DNA of 64,000 nucleotides, from NCBI RefSeq assembly GCF_902652985.1, contig NC_047030.1, positions 6,882,001-6,946,000 of the forward strand, written 5' to 3'. The notes beneath the pieces were generated by a model. It was not told where the DNA came from. It ran no database searches and saw only the letters and a program-made list of their open reading frames with translations. This document shows positions 1 to 14,444 of the stretch, piece after piece; within the stretch, counting starts at the first letter, position 1, and every line of letters starts with the position of its first letter. Source of the stretch: Pecten maximus. Its lineage: Eukaryota. The position numbers and the translations under genes were made by a program.

Positions 1-890
1 TTATGACATTTATGTTACTGAAAGATTTTATATCCCCGTAAAAACAAGATCATACATGGCAGGTGACCATGCAGTCTCTACAGAAATGGTGGGAAGGTTA
101 TATTGTATCTCTTTTATTATCCTTTAATGGTGAAGGTTTGACATAGTTATAATCAGTCATGTTTTTACTAAAAAAAAAAAAAAAATGCGCGTTACAAAAA
201 CATACCTTTAAGAGGAAGTAAAGTAAATCTTTTGAATTCTCTCTCACATTGGATCTTTTGTAATTAATGGAATGTTCATTATCAAGGTCATCAAGGTCAT
301 TGTAATGGTCATCGTGAAGGTCATTATAAAGGTCATTTTAACGGCCATTCCACGACAAACACTGCAGAATTAATGAAATGTTCACTATAAAGATCATTCC
401 ACGGGTTATACTGCAGAATTATACTTTTTCTCGGATATGAACCATGGATTAATCTCCTGATTAACAAGCTAAAAATGTCTGATGTCACGTTTTTATAAAG
501 TGTCATACGTGTTTTTTGTTGTTTTTTTCTTGATTGTGAAGCGGTAGAATCATACCCCTATATAAGTTATATGTTTTACCAGATATGAATAATAATACGT
601 ATACCTCCGTGTCGGTAATATGTCTGTGGCTAGGTCATAACTCAATAGGTCTTTCATTAATATGAACTGTATTGATTTACAACCATATAAAGTTAGTAGC
701 GGTATATCAAATTGACCACGGGTGGTTCATATATAATTTGATGTTATGAAATGAAGTGAACTGAAGCATAAACGGAAGCCTTGATGTATAAACGGACCAG
801 AGCAGGTTATATTTAATTATCCACTCTCTGTAATAGGTATGGCTTGATATTAATAATTAGAACTGATAAATGTCCTTATAGAAATCAATA

Positions 891-1073
891 TACTGTAAAC
901 GTCCATATTTTTGCGAGCTGAATCTTAGCGAGTTATTTAAATTCTAGAGAATGGCGTTGGTGGATTAGCGCAAGCACAGTATACAATATAACAGAACTGA
1001 GGCTAATGCTATCATAATTTAGCGGGAAAATCGCTAAAATGAAGTAACCACTGAAATATGTACGTTAACAGTA
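891..1073. mobile_element. Degenerate TA-flanked MITE (Tc1/mariner-type termini)
   Basis: Left end tactgtaaacgtccatattt and right end aaatatgtacgttaacagta form imperfect ~20-bp terminal inverted repeats, with TA at both outer ends; ~180 bp, non-coding. Confidence 0.55.
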
Positions 1074-1561
1074 ACTGTTTAAACAGCCCTATGTACACAC
1101 TCTTAACTTATGAAGTTTTATGCGGCGATTAATTCCGTACACATCATACGATTTTATTGATAATTTTCTTGGTGTATTAGACTGTCAACATCAGCTATTT
1201 TTAGGTTGGTTGCTATTGTTTAACTCACACGGGCGATGGTTCCTAGTACAGATCAAACTTAAGGACCGTTTTATACCTGTAGTGGCATTTAACAAAAATG
1301 TCTTGTTGCAGTCATGTTGAACAACATCACTAGACCGATTTATGATCTTGCAAAGATTTTGTATATAAGTAAACGTAAAATGGATTCTATTTTTGCTTTA
1401 CACACATGTTTTCTGTCTATAGATCAGCTACGCCTTTTGTTGTGTCTACCAATTCTATGGAAACAACAAATGTACACAATATCTGTTTTCTAAGGAATAA
1501 TATAATGTAACACTTGCTAACTAACCATTCACACAAATTAGTGACTCGCATTCATGTATCT

Positions 1562-2510
1562 ATCCTCACGAAGTAGTGGCTCCCATTGATGGAACCATAC
1601 TCACGAAGTACATGTAGCGGCTCCCATTGATGGAACCTTCCTCACGAAGTAATGGCTCCCATTGACGGAACCATCCTCACGAAGTAGCGGCTCCCATTGA
1701 TGGAACCATCCTCACGAAGTAGCGGCTCCCATTGATGGAACAATCCTCACGAAGTAGTGGCTCCCATTGATGGAACCATCCTCACGAAGTAGCGGCTCCC
1801 ATTGATGGAACCATCCTCACGAAGTAGCGGCTCACATTGATGGAACCATCCTCACGAAGTAGCGGCTCCCATTGATGGAACAATCCTCACGAAGTAGTGG
1901 CTCCCATTGATGGAACCATCCTCACGAAGTAGCGGCTCCCATTGATGGAACCATCCTCACGGAGTAGTGGCTCCCATTGATGGAACCATCCTCACGGAGT
2001 AGCGGCTCCCATTGATGGAACCATCCTCACGAAGTAGCGGCTCCCATTGATGGAACCATCCTCACGAAGTAGTGGCTCCCATTGATGGAACCATCCTCAC
2101 GAAGTAACGGCTCACATTGATGGAACCGTCCTCACGAAGTAGCGGCTCCCATTGATGGAACCATCCTCACGAAGTAGTGGCTCACATTGATGGAACCATC
2201 CTCACGAAGTAGCGGCTCCCATTGATGGAACCATCCTCACGAAGTAGTGGCTCCCATTGATGGAACCATCCTCACGAAGTAGCGGCTCCCATTGATGGAA
2301 CCATCCTCACGAAGTAGCGGCTCCCATTGATGGAACCATCCTCACGAAGTAGCGGCTCCCATTGATGGAACCGTCCTCACGAAGTAGCGGCTCCCATTGA
2401 TGGAACCGTCCTCACGAAGTAGCGGCTCCCATTGATGGAACCATCCTCACGAAGTAGTGGCTCCCATTGATGGAACCATCCTCACGAAGTAGTGGCTCCC
2501 ATTGATGCAA
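1562..2510. repeat. Minisatellite, 35-bp unit (ccatcctcacgaagtagcggctcccattgatggaa), ~27 copies
   Basis: Direct tandem repeat read from the sequence; no unique spacers. Confidence 0.95.
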
Positions 2511-3280
2511 CTCTTACAAACAGGTGTATAATTATATTATGCGGTTTTATGCGCTGTTAATTTTATTGAAAAGTGCGAATATTGATTTTGTCTCCTGTAC
2601 AAACCATTCTTAAAGATGTTGATTTAGAAAGAGTTTTTTTATTAACAAAAAATGCTTCACATTAAGCCATCAACGGGGTTTTATTAAATCGAAAGAGACT
2701 ATCAAGGTTGAAAGACTGAACATAAAAATACGTGTATTTTACATAAAAGTGATCAATATGATGTACGAGATCTCTCGAGTATCGAGATGATGATATAATA
2801 TGATAATCAATACCGTAGTTCTTTATTATTGCAACTAAACCGGGAAACTACCCACTGATTACGGAGAATCTCTTATGCGGCGATCCATTCTCTTATGTGT
2901 AAATGAGCTGCGAAAATGTGCCATGCACGCATGCGCAAACTGATTTGTTTTTAATGGTGGACTAGCGATCAAAGCAGACGTACTGTGTTGCTGTCGCAAA
3001 GGCAAAGAAAAAGAAATGGGGGAAATCACAACATTATCTACGATCTACAGAGTTATTTATGAAATGGTGACGTAAGTGAGCAGATTTGACGGAAATTAAA
3101 CAAAGATAAACCCATAACGGATTATGAAGTTAAAATTGGTAATGTTTTATATCTATAAACAAAAACATGGCGAGGCTTTAAAACGTAAACTATAATGTTC
3201 ATAAACACTACATGTATTAGATGTGTGAGACATGTACTGGATAATTGGAAATTTTTGTGGGGATTTAATTTCGATGTATT

Positions 3281-6200
3281 CTATAGCTGGTTACGACAGA
3301 CTAAGGTTCATTGGTAGTTTATATAGCTGGTTACGACAGACTAAGGTTCATTGGTAGCTTCTATAACTGGTTACGACAGACTAAAGATCATTGGTAGTTT
3401 CTATAGCTGGTTACGACAGACTAAGGTTCATTGGTAGTTTCTATAGCTGGTTACGACAGACTCAGGTTAATTGGTAGTTTCTATAGCTGGTTACGACAGA
3501 CTAAGGTTCATTGGTAGTTTATATAGCTGGTTACGACAGACTAAGGTTCATTGGTAGTTTATATAACTGGTTACGACAGACTAAGGTTCATTGGTAGTTT
3601 CTATAGCTGGTTACGAAAGACTAAGGTTCATTCGTAGTTTTTATAGCTGGTTACGACAGACTAAGGTTCATTGGTATTGTAGCTGGTTACGACAGACTAA
3701 GGTTCATTGGTAGTTTCTATAGCTGGTTACGACAGACTAAGGTTCATTGGTAGTTTATATAGCTGGTTACGACAGACTAAGGTTCATTGGTAGTTTCTAT
3801 AGCTGGTTACGACAGACTAAGGTTCATTGGTAGTTTATATAGCTGGTTACGACAGACTAAGGTTCATTGGTAGTTTCTATACCTGGTTACGTCAGACTAA
3901 GGTTCATTGGTAGTTTATATAACTGGTTACGACAGACTAAGGTTCATTGGTAGTTTTTATACCTGGTTACGTCAGACTAAGGTTCATTGGTAGTTTATAT
4001 AACTGGTTACGACAGACTAAGGTTCATTAGTAGTTTCTATAGCTGGTTACGACAGACTAAGGTTCATTGGTAGTTTATATAACTGGTTACGACAGACTAA
4101 GGTTCATTGGTAGTTTCTATAGCTGGTTACGACAGACTTAGGTTCATTAGTAGTTTCTATAGCTGGTTACGACAGACTCAGGTTCATTGGTAGTTTATAT
4201 ACCTGGTTACGACAGACCCAGGTTCATTGGTAGTTTCTATAGCTGGTTACGACAGACTGAGGTTTGTTAATAGTTTATATAGCTAGTTACGACAGACTAA
4301 GGTTCATTTGTAGTTTCTATAGCTGGTTACGACAGACTGAGGTTTGTTAATAGTTTATATAGCTGGTTACGACAGACTAAGGTTCATTGGTAGTTTATAT
4401 AGCTGGTTACGACAGACTAAGGTTCATTGGTAGTTTATATAACTGGTTACGACAGACTAAGGTTCATTGGTAGTTTATTTAGCTGGTTACGACAGACTAA
4501 GGTTCATTGGTAGTTTATATAACTGGTTACGACAGACTAAGGTTCATTGGTAGTTTATATACCTGGTTACGACAGACTAAGGTTCATTGGTAGTTTATAT
4601 AGCTGGTTACGACAGACTAAGGTTCATTGGTAGTTTATATAACTGGTTACGACAGACTAAGGTTCATTGGTAGTTTATATAACTGGTTACGACAGATTAA
4701 GGTTCATTGGTAGTTTATATACCTGGTTACGACAGACTAAGGTTCATTGGTAGTTTATATACCTGGTTACGACAGACTAAGGTTCATTGGTAGTTTATAT
4801 AGCTGGTTACGACAGACTAAGGTTCATTGGTAGTTTATATAACTGGTTACGACAGACTAAGGTTCATTGGTAGTTTATTTAGCTGGTTACGACAGACTAA
4901 GGTTCATTGGTAGTTTATATAACTGGTTACGACATACTAAGGTTCATTGGTAGTTTATATACCTGGTTACGACAGACTAAGGTTCATTGGTAGTTTATAT
5001 AGCTGGTTACGACAGACTAAGGTTCATTGGTAGTTTATATAACTGGTTACGACAGACTAAGGTTCATTGGTAGTTTATATACCTGGTTACGACAGACTAA
5101 GGTTCATTGGTAGTTTCTATAGCTGGTTACGACAAACTAAGGTTCATTGGTAGTTTATATACCTGGTTACGACAGACTAAGGTTCATTGGTAGTTTATAT
5201 AGCTGGTTACGACAGACTAAGGTTCATTGGTAGTTTATATAGCTGGTTACGACAGACTAAGGTTTATTGGTAGTTTATATAACTGGTTACGACAGACTAA
5301 GGTTCATTGGTAGTTTATTTAGCTGGTCACGACAGACTAAGGTTCATTGGTAGTTTATATAACTGGTTACGACAGATTAAGGTTCATTGGTAGTTTATAT
5401 ACCTGGTTACGACAGACTAAGGTTCATTGGTAGTTTATATAACTGGTTACGACAGACTAAGGTTCATTGGTAGTTTATATAGCTGGTTACGACAGACTAA
5501 GGTTCATTGGTAGTTTATATAACTGGTTACGACAGACTAAGGTTCATTGGTAGTTTATATACCTGGTTACGACAGACTAAGGTTCATTGGTAGTTTATAT
5601 AACTGGTTACGACAGACTAAGGTTCATTGGTAGTTTATATAACTGGTTACGACAGACTAAGGTTCATTGGTAGTTTATATAACTGGTTACGACAGACTAA
5701 GGTTCATTTATAGTTTCTATAGCTGGTTATGACAGACCAAGGTTCATTGGTAGTTTCTATAGCTGGTTACGACTGACTAAGGTTCATTGGTAGTTTATAT
5801 AACTGGTTACGACAGACTAAGGTTCATTGGTAGTTTATTTAGCTGGTTACGACAGACTAAGGTTCATTGGTAGTTTATATAACTGGTTACGACATACTAA
5901 GGTTCATTGGTAGTTTATATAGCTGGTTACGACAGACTAAGGTTCATTGGTAGTTTATATAACTGGTTACGACAGACTAAGGTTCATTGGTAGTTTATTT
6001 AGCTGGTTACGACAGACTAAGGTTCATTGGTAGTTTATATAACTGGTTACGACATACTAAGGTTCATTGGTAGTTTATATACCTGGTTACGACAGACTAA
6101 AGTTCATTGGTAGTTTATATAGCTGGTTACGACAGACTAAGGTTCATTGGTAGTTTATATAACTGGTTACGACAGACTAAGGTTCATTGGTAGTTTATAT

Positions 6201-8545
6201 ACCTGGTTACGACAGACTAAGGTTCATTGGTAGTTTATTTAGCTGGTTACGACAAACTAAGGTTCATTGGTAGTTTATATACCTGGTTACGACAGACTAA
6301 GGTTCATTGGTAGTTTATTTAGCTGGTTACGACAGACTAAGGTTCATTGGTAGTTTATATAGCTGGTTACGACAGACTAAGGTTTATTGGTAGTTTATAT
6401 AACTGGTTACGACAGATTAAGGTTCATTGGTAGTTTATATACCTGGTTACGACAGACTAAGGTTCATTGGTAGTTTATATAACTGGTTACGACAGACTAA
6501 GGTTCATTGGTAGTTTATTTAGCTGGTTACGACAGACTAAGGTTCATTGGTAGTTTATATAACTGGTTACGACAGACTAAGGTTCATTGGTAGTTTATAT
6601 ACCTGGTTACGACAGACTAAGGTTCATTGGTAGTTTATATAACTGGTTACGACAGACTAAGGTTCATTGGTAGTTTATATAACTGGTTACGACAGACTAA
6701 GGTTCATTGGTAGTTTATATAACTGGTTACGACAGACTAAGGTTCATTTATAGTTTCTATAGCTGGTTATGACAGACCAAGGTTCATTGGTAGTTTCTAT
6801 AGCTGGTTACGACTGACTAAGGTTCATTGGTAGTTTATATAGCTGGTTACGACTGACTAAGGTTCATTGGTAGTTTATATAGCTGGTTACGACAGACTAA
6901 GGTTCATTGGTAGTTTATATAGCTGGTTACGACTGACTAAGGTTCATTGGTAGTTTATATAGCTGGTTACGACTGACTAAGGTTCATTGGTAGTTTATAT
7001 ACCTGGTTACGACAGACTAAGGTTCATTGGTAGTTTATATACCTGGTTACGACAGACTAAGGTTCATTGGTAGTTTATATACCTGGTTACGACAGACTAA
7101 GGTTCATTGGTAGTTTATATACCTGGTTACGACAGACTAAGGTTCATTGGTAGTTTATATACCTGGTTACGACAGACTAAGGTTCATTGGTAGTTTATAT
7201 ACCTGGTTACGACAGACTAAGGTTCATTGGTAGTTTATATACCTGGTTACGACAGACTAAGGTTCATTGGTAGTTTATATACCTGGTTACGACAGACTAA
7301 GGTTCATTGGTAGTTTATATACCTGGTTACGACAGACTAAGGTTCATTGGTAGTTTATATAGCTGGTTACGACAGACTAAGGTTCATTGGTAGTTTATAT
7401 ACCTGGTTACGACAGACTAAGGTTCATTGGTAGTTTATATAGCTGGTTACGACAGACTAAGGTTCATTGGTAGTTTATATACCTGGTTACGACAGACTAA
7501 GGTTCATTGGTAGTTTATATAGCTGGTTACAACAGACTAAGGTTCATTGGTAGTTTATATAGCTGGTTACGACAGACTAAGGTTCATTGGTAGTTTATAT
7601 AGCTGGTTACGACAGACTAAGGTTCATTGGTAGTTTATATAGCTGGTTACGACAGACTAAGGTTCATTGGTAGTTTATATAGCTGGTTACGACAGACTAG
7701 GTTCATTGGTAGTTTATATACCTGGTTACGACAGACTAAGGTTCATTGGTAGTTTCTATACCTGGTTACGACAGACTAAGGTTCATTGGTAGTTTATATA
7801 CCTGGTTACGACAGACTAGGTTCATTGGTAGTTTATATAGCCTGGTTACGACAGACTAAGGTTCATTGGTAGTTTATATACCTGGTTACGACAGACTAAG
7901 GTTCATTGGTAGTTTATATAGCTGGTTACGACAGACTATGGTTCATTGGTAGTTTATATAGCTGGTTACGACAGACTAAGGTTCATTGGTAGTTTATATA
8001 CCTGGTTACGACAGACTAAGGTTCATTGGTAGTTTATATACCTGGTTACGACAGACTAAGGTTCATTGGTAGTTTATATAGCTGGTTACGACAGACTAAG
8101 GTTCATTGGTAGTTTATATAGCTGGTTACGACAGACTAAGGTTCATTGGTAGTTTATATACCTGGTTACGACAGACTAAGGTTCATTGGTAGTTTATATA
8201 CCTGGTTACGACAGACTAAGGTTCATTGGTAGTTTATATAGCTGGTTACGACAGACTAAGGTTCATTGGTAGTTTATATAGCTGGTTACGACAGACTAAG
8301 GTTCATTGGTAGTTTATATACCTGGTTACGACAGACTAAGGTTCATTGGTAGTTTATATAGCTGGTTACGACAGACTAAGGTTCATTGGTAGTTTATATA
8401 ACTGGTTACGACAGACTAAGGTTCATTGGTAGTTTATATAACTGGTTACGACAGACTAAGGTTCATTGGTAGTTTATATAGCTGGTTACGACAGACTAAG
8501 GTTCATTGGTAGTTTATATAGCTGGTTACGACAGACTAAGGTTCA
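3281..8545. repeat. Minisatellite, 40-bp unit (agctggttacgacagactaaggttcattggtagtttatat), ~130 copies
   Basis: Highly homogeneous tandem array; variant units recur at 1040-1120 bp spacing. Confidence 0.97.
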
Positions 8546-9282
8546 CTTTCCTGGTATTTTCCATGTGTTTGTCCGTCGGTTCCAGTTTTACTTCCCAGTC
8601 CATATTACTGAATCCTGTCAATAGAAGTAAATCCAGCATTATCTGTAAACAGTGTAAAGGAAGCTGTCGACAAGGGATAATTAAGCACATCATTATTTTT
8701 GAAAAATGCGATTTTTGCATGTAAAATTGATGAATTGTGATGGACTTCCTCTCCTAGTAGTTTTTAAGGGCCTCCCTTCAAACATTTTTATGGTCATAGT
8801 TTGCCTTCGTGGTATCGATTTTGAGCTGGAGTTATGATTTTGTTGTTATGTTGGTTCATACCTACACCTAATAACTTGTGTACGGGTTCGATTTATTCAT
8901 CAAACAGTTTGTCTCAAATCCGTTATCTTGCTGTGCTTATAATTCCTTTCGTTGACATTCCTTATCACTTCTTGGCGTGTGTTCGCGAGACATCATTCCC
9001 ACTTCCATAAATACACATGGAACTGTAAAATTCTCTGACAATAAGCTAAGCTGTCACGACATTTAACAATCCAATGCTCTTAACATTCTTATTGTGACAA
9101 ATGGTCTGTTGTGAATACCTTTCCAGAGCATGCCAATCCTCATTTGATAGTAGAAGGATATTCCCCAATTAATTTTACTTAAGTTTGTTTAAAACAGAAT
9201 CAACAGAAATTGATCTATGAGAAAGAGCAGTTTTTCTTCGACACTTAACGGTGCATTTCCTTTTAAAGAGGAATGAAAACGT

Positions 9283-9653
9283 GGGAGCCTGAAGTTAGTT
9301 CCGAGTTCCGAGTTCCGTTTAAGTAAAACGGAACTGGGAACCAGTTCCGAGTTCCGTTTAAGAAAAACTGAAATACTATGTATTAGCTTCATAGTATTTC
9401 AGTTTTTCTTAAACGGAATTTGGAAACTTATTCCTAGTTCCGTTTTTCTTAAACGGCACTAGGTACTGGGACCAAAATCAAAAAAGCTAATACATAATAT
9501 TTCAGTTTTTCTTAAACGGAACTCGGAACTGGGACCTTCATCAATAAAGCTAATTCATAGTATTTCAGTTTTTATTAAACGGAACTCGGAACTGGTTCAC
9601 AGTTCCGTTTTACTTAAACGGAACTCGGAACTCGGAACCAACTTCAGGCTCCC
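9283..9653. mobile_element. Non-autonomous Mutator/MULE-type MITE (371 bp) with ~105-bp TIRs and 9-bp TSD
   Basis: TIRs GGGAGCCTGAAGTT...TATTAGCTT (9283-9389) and AAGCTAATT...AACTTCAGGCTCCC (9547-9653). Perfect TSD TGAAAACGT at 9274-9282 and 9654-9662. Interior consists of further copies of the TIR sub-motif catagtatttcagtttttcttaaacggaa. Confidence 0.85.
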
Positions 9654-11234
9654 TGAAAACGTTGTCTCTTCCGTGGACTAATAGAATCTTACATGGGCCT
9701 TTTCCCTTAGACTAAAAGAATCTTACATGGGTCTGTACTGTTGACTAATATAAACTTACATGGGTCTGTACTGTGGACTAATAAAATCTTACATGGGTCT
9801 GTACTGTGGACTAATATAAACTTACATGGGTCTGTTCCGTGGACTAATATAATATTACGTGGGTCTGTACTGTGGACTAATATAATCTTACGTGGGTCTA
9901 TACTGTGGACTAATAGAATCTTACATAGGTCTGTACTGTGGACTAATATAATATTACATGGGTCTGTACTGTGGACTAATATAATCTTACATGGGTCTGT
10001 TCCGTGGACTAATATAATATTACGTGGGTCTGTACTGTGGACTAATATAATCTTACATGGGTCTGTACTGTGGACTAATATAAACTTACATGGGTCTGTT
10101 CCGTGGACTAATATAATATTACATGGGTATTTACTGTGGACTAATATAATATTACGTGGGTCTGTACTGTGGACTAATATAATCTTACATGGGTCTGTAC
10201 TGTGGACTAATATAAACTTACATGGGTCTGTTCCGTGGACTAATATAATATTACGTGGGTCTGTACTGTGGACTAATATAATCTTACATGGGTCTGTTCC
10301 GTGGACTAATATAATATTACGTGGGTCTGTACTGTGGACTAATATAATCTTACATGGGTCTGTACTGTGGACTAATATAAACTTACATGGGTCTGTTCCG
10401 TGGACTAATATAATATTACATGGGTCTTTACTGTGGACTAATATAATATTACGTGGGTCTGTACTGTGGACTAATAGAATCTTACATGGGTCTTTACTGT
10501 GGACTAATATAATCTTACATGGGTCTGTTCCGTGGACTAATATAATCTTACATGGGTCTGTTCCGTGGACTAATATAATCTTACATGGGTCTGTACTGTG
10601 GACTAATATAATCTTACATGGGTCTGTACTGTGGACTAATATAAACTTACATGGGTCTGTTCCGTGGACTAATATAATATTACGTGGGTCTGTACTGTGG
10701 ACTAATATAATCTTACATGGGTCTGTTCCGTGGACTAATATAATATTACGTGGGTCTGTACTGTGGACTAATATAATCTTACATGGGTCTGTACTGTGGA
10801 CTAATATAAACTTACATGGGTCTGTTCCGTGGACTAATATAATATTACATGGGTCTTTACTGTGGACTAATATAATATTACGTGGGTCTGTACTGTGGAC
10901 TAATATAATATTACGTGGGTCTGTACTGTGGACTAATATAATCTTACATGGGTCTGTACTGTGGACTAATAGAATCTTACATGGGTCTGTTCCGTGGACT
11001 AATATAATCTTAAGGGGTTGTTCCCTGGACTAATATAATCTTACATGGGTCTGTAATGTGGACTAATAGAATCTTACATGGGTCTGTACTTAGGACTAAT
11101 AGAATCTTACATGGGTCTGTACTTTGGACTAATAGAATCTTACATGGGTCTGTTCCGTGGACTAATAGAATCTTACATGGGTCTGTACTTTGGACTAATA
11201 GAATCTTACATGGGTCTGTACTTTGGACTAATAG

Positions 11235-11345
11235 AATTCATAGTATTTCAGTTTTTATTAAACGGAACTCGGAACTGGTTCACAGTTCCGTTTTACTTCA
11301 ACGGAACTCGGAACTCGGAACCAACTTCAGGCTCCCTGAAAACGT
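11235..11345. mobile_element. Duplicated right TIR + TSD of the 9283-9653 MITE, embedded in the 33-bp array
   Basis: Matches 9552-9662 with one substitution, including ...caggctccc-tgaaaacgt and the downstream flank. Confidence 0.9.
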
Positions 11346-12917
11346 TGTCTCTTCCGTGGACTAATAGAATCTTACATGGGCCTTTTCCCTTAGACTAAAA
11401 GAATCTTATATGGGTCTTTACTGTGGACTAATAGAATCTTACATGGGTCTGTACTGTTGACTAATAAAATCTTACATTGGTCTGTACTGTGGACTAATAG
11501 CATCTTATATGGGTCTTTACTGTGGACTAATATAATCTTACATGGGTCTTTACTGTGGACTAATATAATCTTACATGGGTCTGTACTGTGGACTAATAGA
11601 AACTTACATGGGTCTGTACTGTGGACTAATACAATCTTACATGGGTCTGTACTGTGGACTAATACAATCTTACATGGGTCTGTACTGTGGACTAATATAA
11701 TCTTACATGGGTCTGTACTGTGGACTAATACAATCTTACATGGGTCTGTACTGTGGACTAATAGAATCTTACATGGGTCTGTACTGTTGACTAATAAAAT
11801 CTTACATTGGTCTGTACTGTGGACTAATAGCATCTTATATGGGTCTTTACTGTGGACTAATATAATCTTACATGGGTCTTTACTGTGGACTAATATAATC
11901 TTACATTGGTCTGTACTGTGGACTAATAGAAACTTACATGGGTCTGTACTGTGGACTAATACAATCTTACATGGGTCTGTACTGTGGACTAATACAATCT
12001 TACATGGGTCTGTACTGTGGACTAATATAATCTTACATGGGTCTGTACTGTGGACTAATAGAAACTTACATGGGTCTGTTCCGTGGACTAATATAATATT
12101 ACGTGGGTCTGTACTGTGGACTAATAAAATCTTACGTGGGTCTGTACTGTGAACTAATAGAATCTTACATAGGTCTGTACTGTGGACTAATATAATCTTA
12201 CATGGGTCTGTACTGTGAACTAAAAGAATCTTACATGGGTCTGTTCCGTGGACTAATATAATCTTACATGGGTCTGTACTGTGGACTAATATAATCTTAC
12301 ATGGGTCTGTACTGTGGACTAATATAAACTTACATGGGTCTGTTCCGTGGACTAATATAATATTACGTGGGTCTGTACTGTGGACTAATATAATCTTACA
12401 TGGGTCTGTTCCGTGGACTAATATAATATTACGTGGGTCTGTACTGTGGACTAATATAATCTTACATGGGTCTGTACTGTGGACTAATATAAACTTACAT
12501 GGGTCTGTTCCGTGGACTAATATAATATTACATGGGTCTTTACTGTGGACTAATATAATATTACGTGGGTCTGTACTGTGGACTAATATAATATTACGTG
12601 GGTCTGTACTGTGGACTAATATAATCTTACATGAGTCTGTACTGTGGACTAATAGAATCTTACATGGGTCTGTTCCGTGGACTAATATAATCTTAAGGGG
12701 TTGTTCCCTGGACTAATATAATCTTACATGGGTCTGTAATGTGGACTAATAGAATCTTACATGGGTCTGTACTTAGGACTAATAGAATCTTACATGGGTC
12801 TGTACTTTGGACTAATAGAATCTTACATGGGTCTGTTCCGTGGACTAATAGAATCTTACATGGGTCTGTACTTTGGACTAATAGAATCTTACATGGGTCT
12901 GTACTTTGGACTAATAG

Positions 12918-13028
12918 AATTCATAGTATTTCAGTTTTTATTAAACGGAACTCGGAACTGGTTCACAGTTCCGTTTTACTTAAACGGAACTCGGAACTCG
13001 GAACCAACTTCAGGCTCCCTGAAAACGT
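12918..13028. mobile_element. Second duplicated right TIR + TSD of the MITE, embedded in the 33-bp array
   Basis: Matches 9552-9662; lies exactly 1683 bp after the 11235 copy. Confidence 0.9.
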
Positions 13029-14444
13029 TGTCTCTTCCGTGGACTAATAGAATCTTACATGGGCCTTTTCCCTTAGACTAAAAGAATCTTATATGGGTCT
13101 TTACTGTGGACTAATAGAATCTTACATGGGTCTGTACTGTTGACTAATAAAATCTTACATTGGTCTGTACTGTGGACTAATAGCATCTTATATGGGTCTT
13201 TACTGTGGACTAATATAATCTTACATGGGTCTTTACTGTGGACTAATATAATCTTACATTGGTCTGTACTGTGGACTAATAGAAACTTACATGGGTCTGT
13301 ACTGTGGACTAATACAATCTTACATGGGTCTGTACTGTGGACTAATACAATCTTACATGGGTCTGTACTGTGGACTAATATAATCTTACATGGGTCTGTA
13401 CTGTGGACTAATACAATCTTACATGGGTCTGTACTGTGGACTAATAGAATCTTACATGGGTCTGTACTGTTGACTAATAAAATCTTACATTGGTCTGTAC
13501 TGTGGACTAATAGCATCTTATATGGGTCTTTACTGTGGACTAATATAATCTTACATGGGTCTGTACTGTGGACTAATATAATCTTACATTGGTCTGTACT
13601 GTGGACTAATAGAATCTTACATGGGTCTGTACTGTGGACTAATACAATCTTACATGGGTCTGTACTGTGGACTAATACAATCTTACATGGGTCTGTACTG
13701 TGGACTAATATAATCTTACATGGGTCTGTACTGTGGACTAATAGAAACTTACATGGGTCTGTTCCGTGGACTAATATAATATTACGTGGGTCTGTACTGT
13801 GGACTAATAAAATCTTACGTGGGTCTGTACTGTGAACTAATAGAATCTTACATAGGTCTGTACTGTGGACTAATATAATCTTACATGGGTCTGTACTGTG
13901 AACTAAAAGAATCTTACATGGGTCTGTTCCGTGGACTAATATAATCTTAAGGGGTTGTTCCCTGGACTAATATAATCTTACATGGGTCTGTACTGTGGAC
14001 TAATATAATCTTACATGGGTCTGTACTGTTGACAAATAGAATCTTACATGGGTCTGTACTTTGGACTAATAGAATCTTACATGGGTCTGTTCCGTGGACT
14101 AATAGAATCTTACATGGGTCTGTACTGTGGACTAATATAATCTTACATGGGTCTGTAATGTGGACTAATAGAATCTTACATGGGTCTGTACTGTTGATTA
14201 ATAGAATCTTACATGGGTCTGTAATGTGGACTAATATAATCTTACATGGGTCTGTACTTAGGACTAATAGAATCTTACATGGGTCTGTACTTTGGACTAA
14301 TAGAATCTTACATGGGTCTGTTCCGTGGACTAATAGAATCTTACATGGGTCTGTTCCGTGGACTAATAGAATCTTACATGGGTCTGTACCGTGGACAGGG
14401 ATAGCAATCCGAGTGTAAAAGTGTAGTTAGCTTGATGCATGTAT

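Larger units (their letters stand above)
9670..14397. repeat. Minisatellite, 33-bp unit (gactaatataatcttacatgggtctgtactgtg), with 1683-bp higher-order structure
   Basis: Tandem 33-bp units give the spurious WTNIILHGSVL ORFs. Interrupted twice by copies of the MITE right end plus TSD. Confidence 0.95.

Noticed and set aside
1562-8545. CRISPR-like periodicity (35- and 40-bp repeats)
   Set aside because: No unique spacers, no cas genes, eukaryotic context.
9741-14418. Long ORFs of repeated WTNIILHGSVL (up to 430 aa)
   Set aside because: Translation of a 33-bp satellite whose unit is a multiple of 3; no unique domain, and interrupted by MITE ends.
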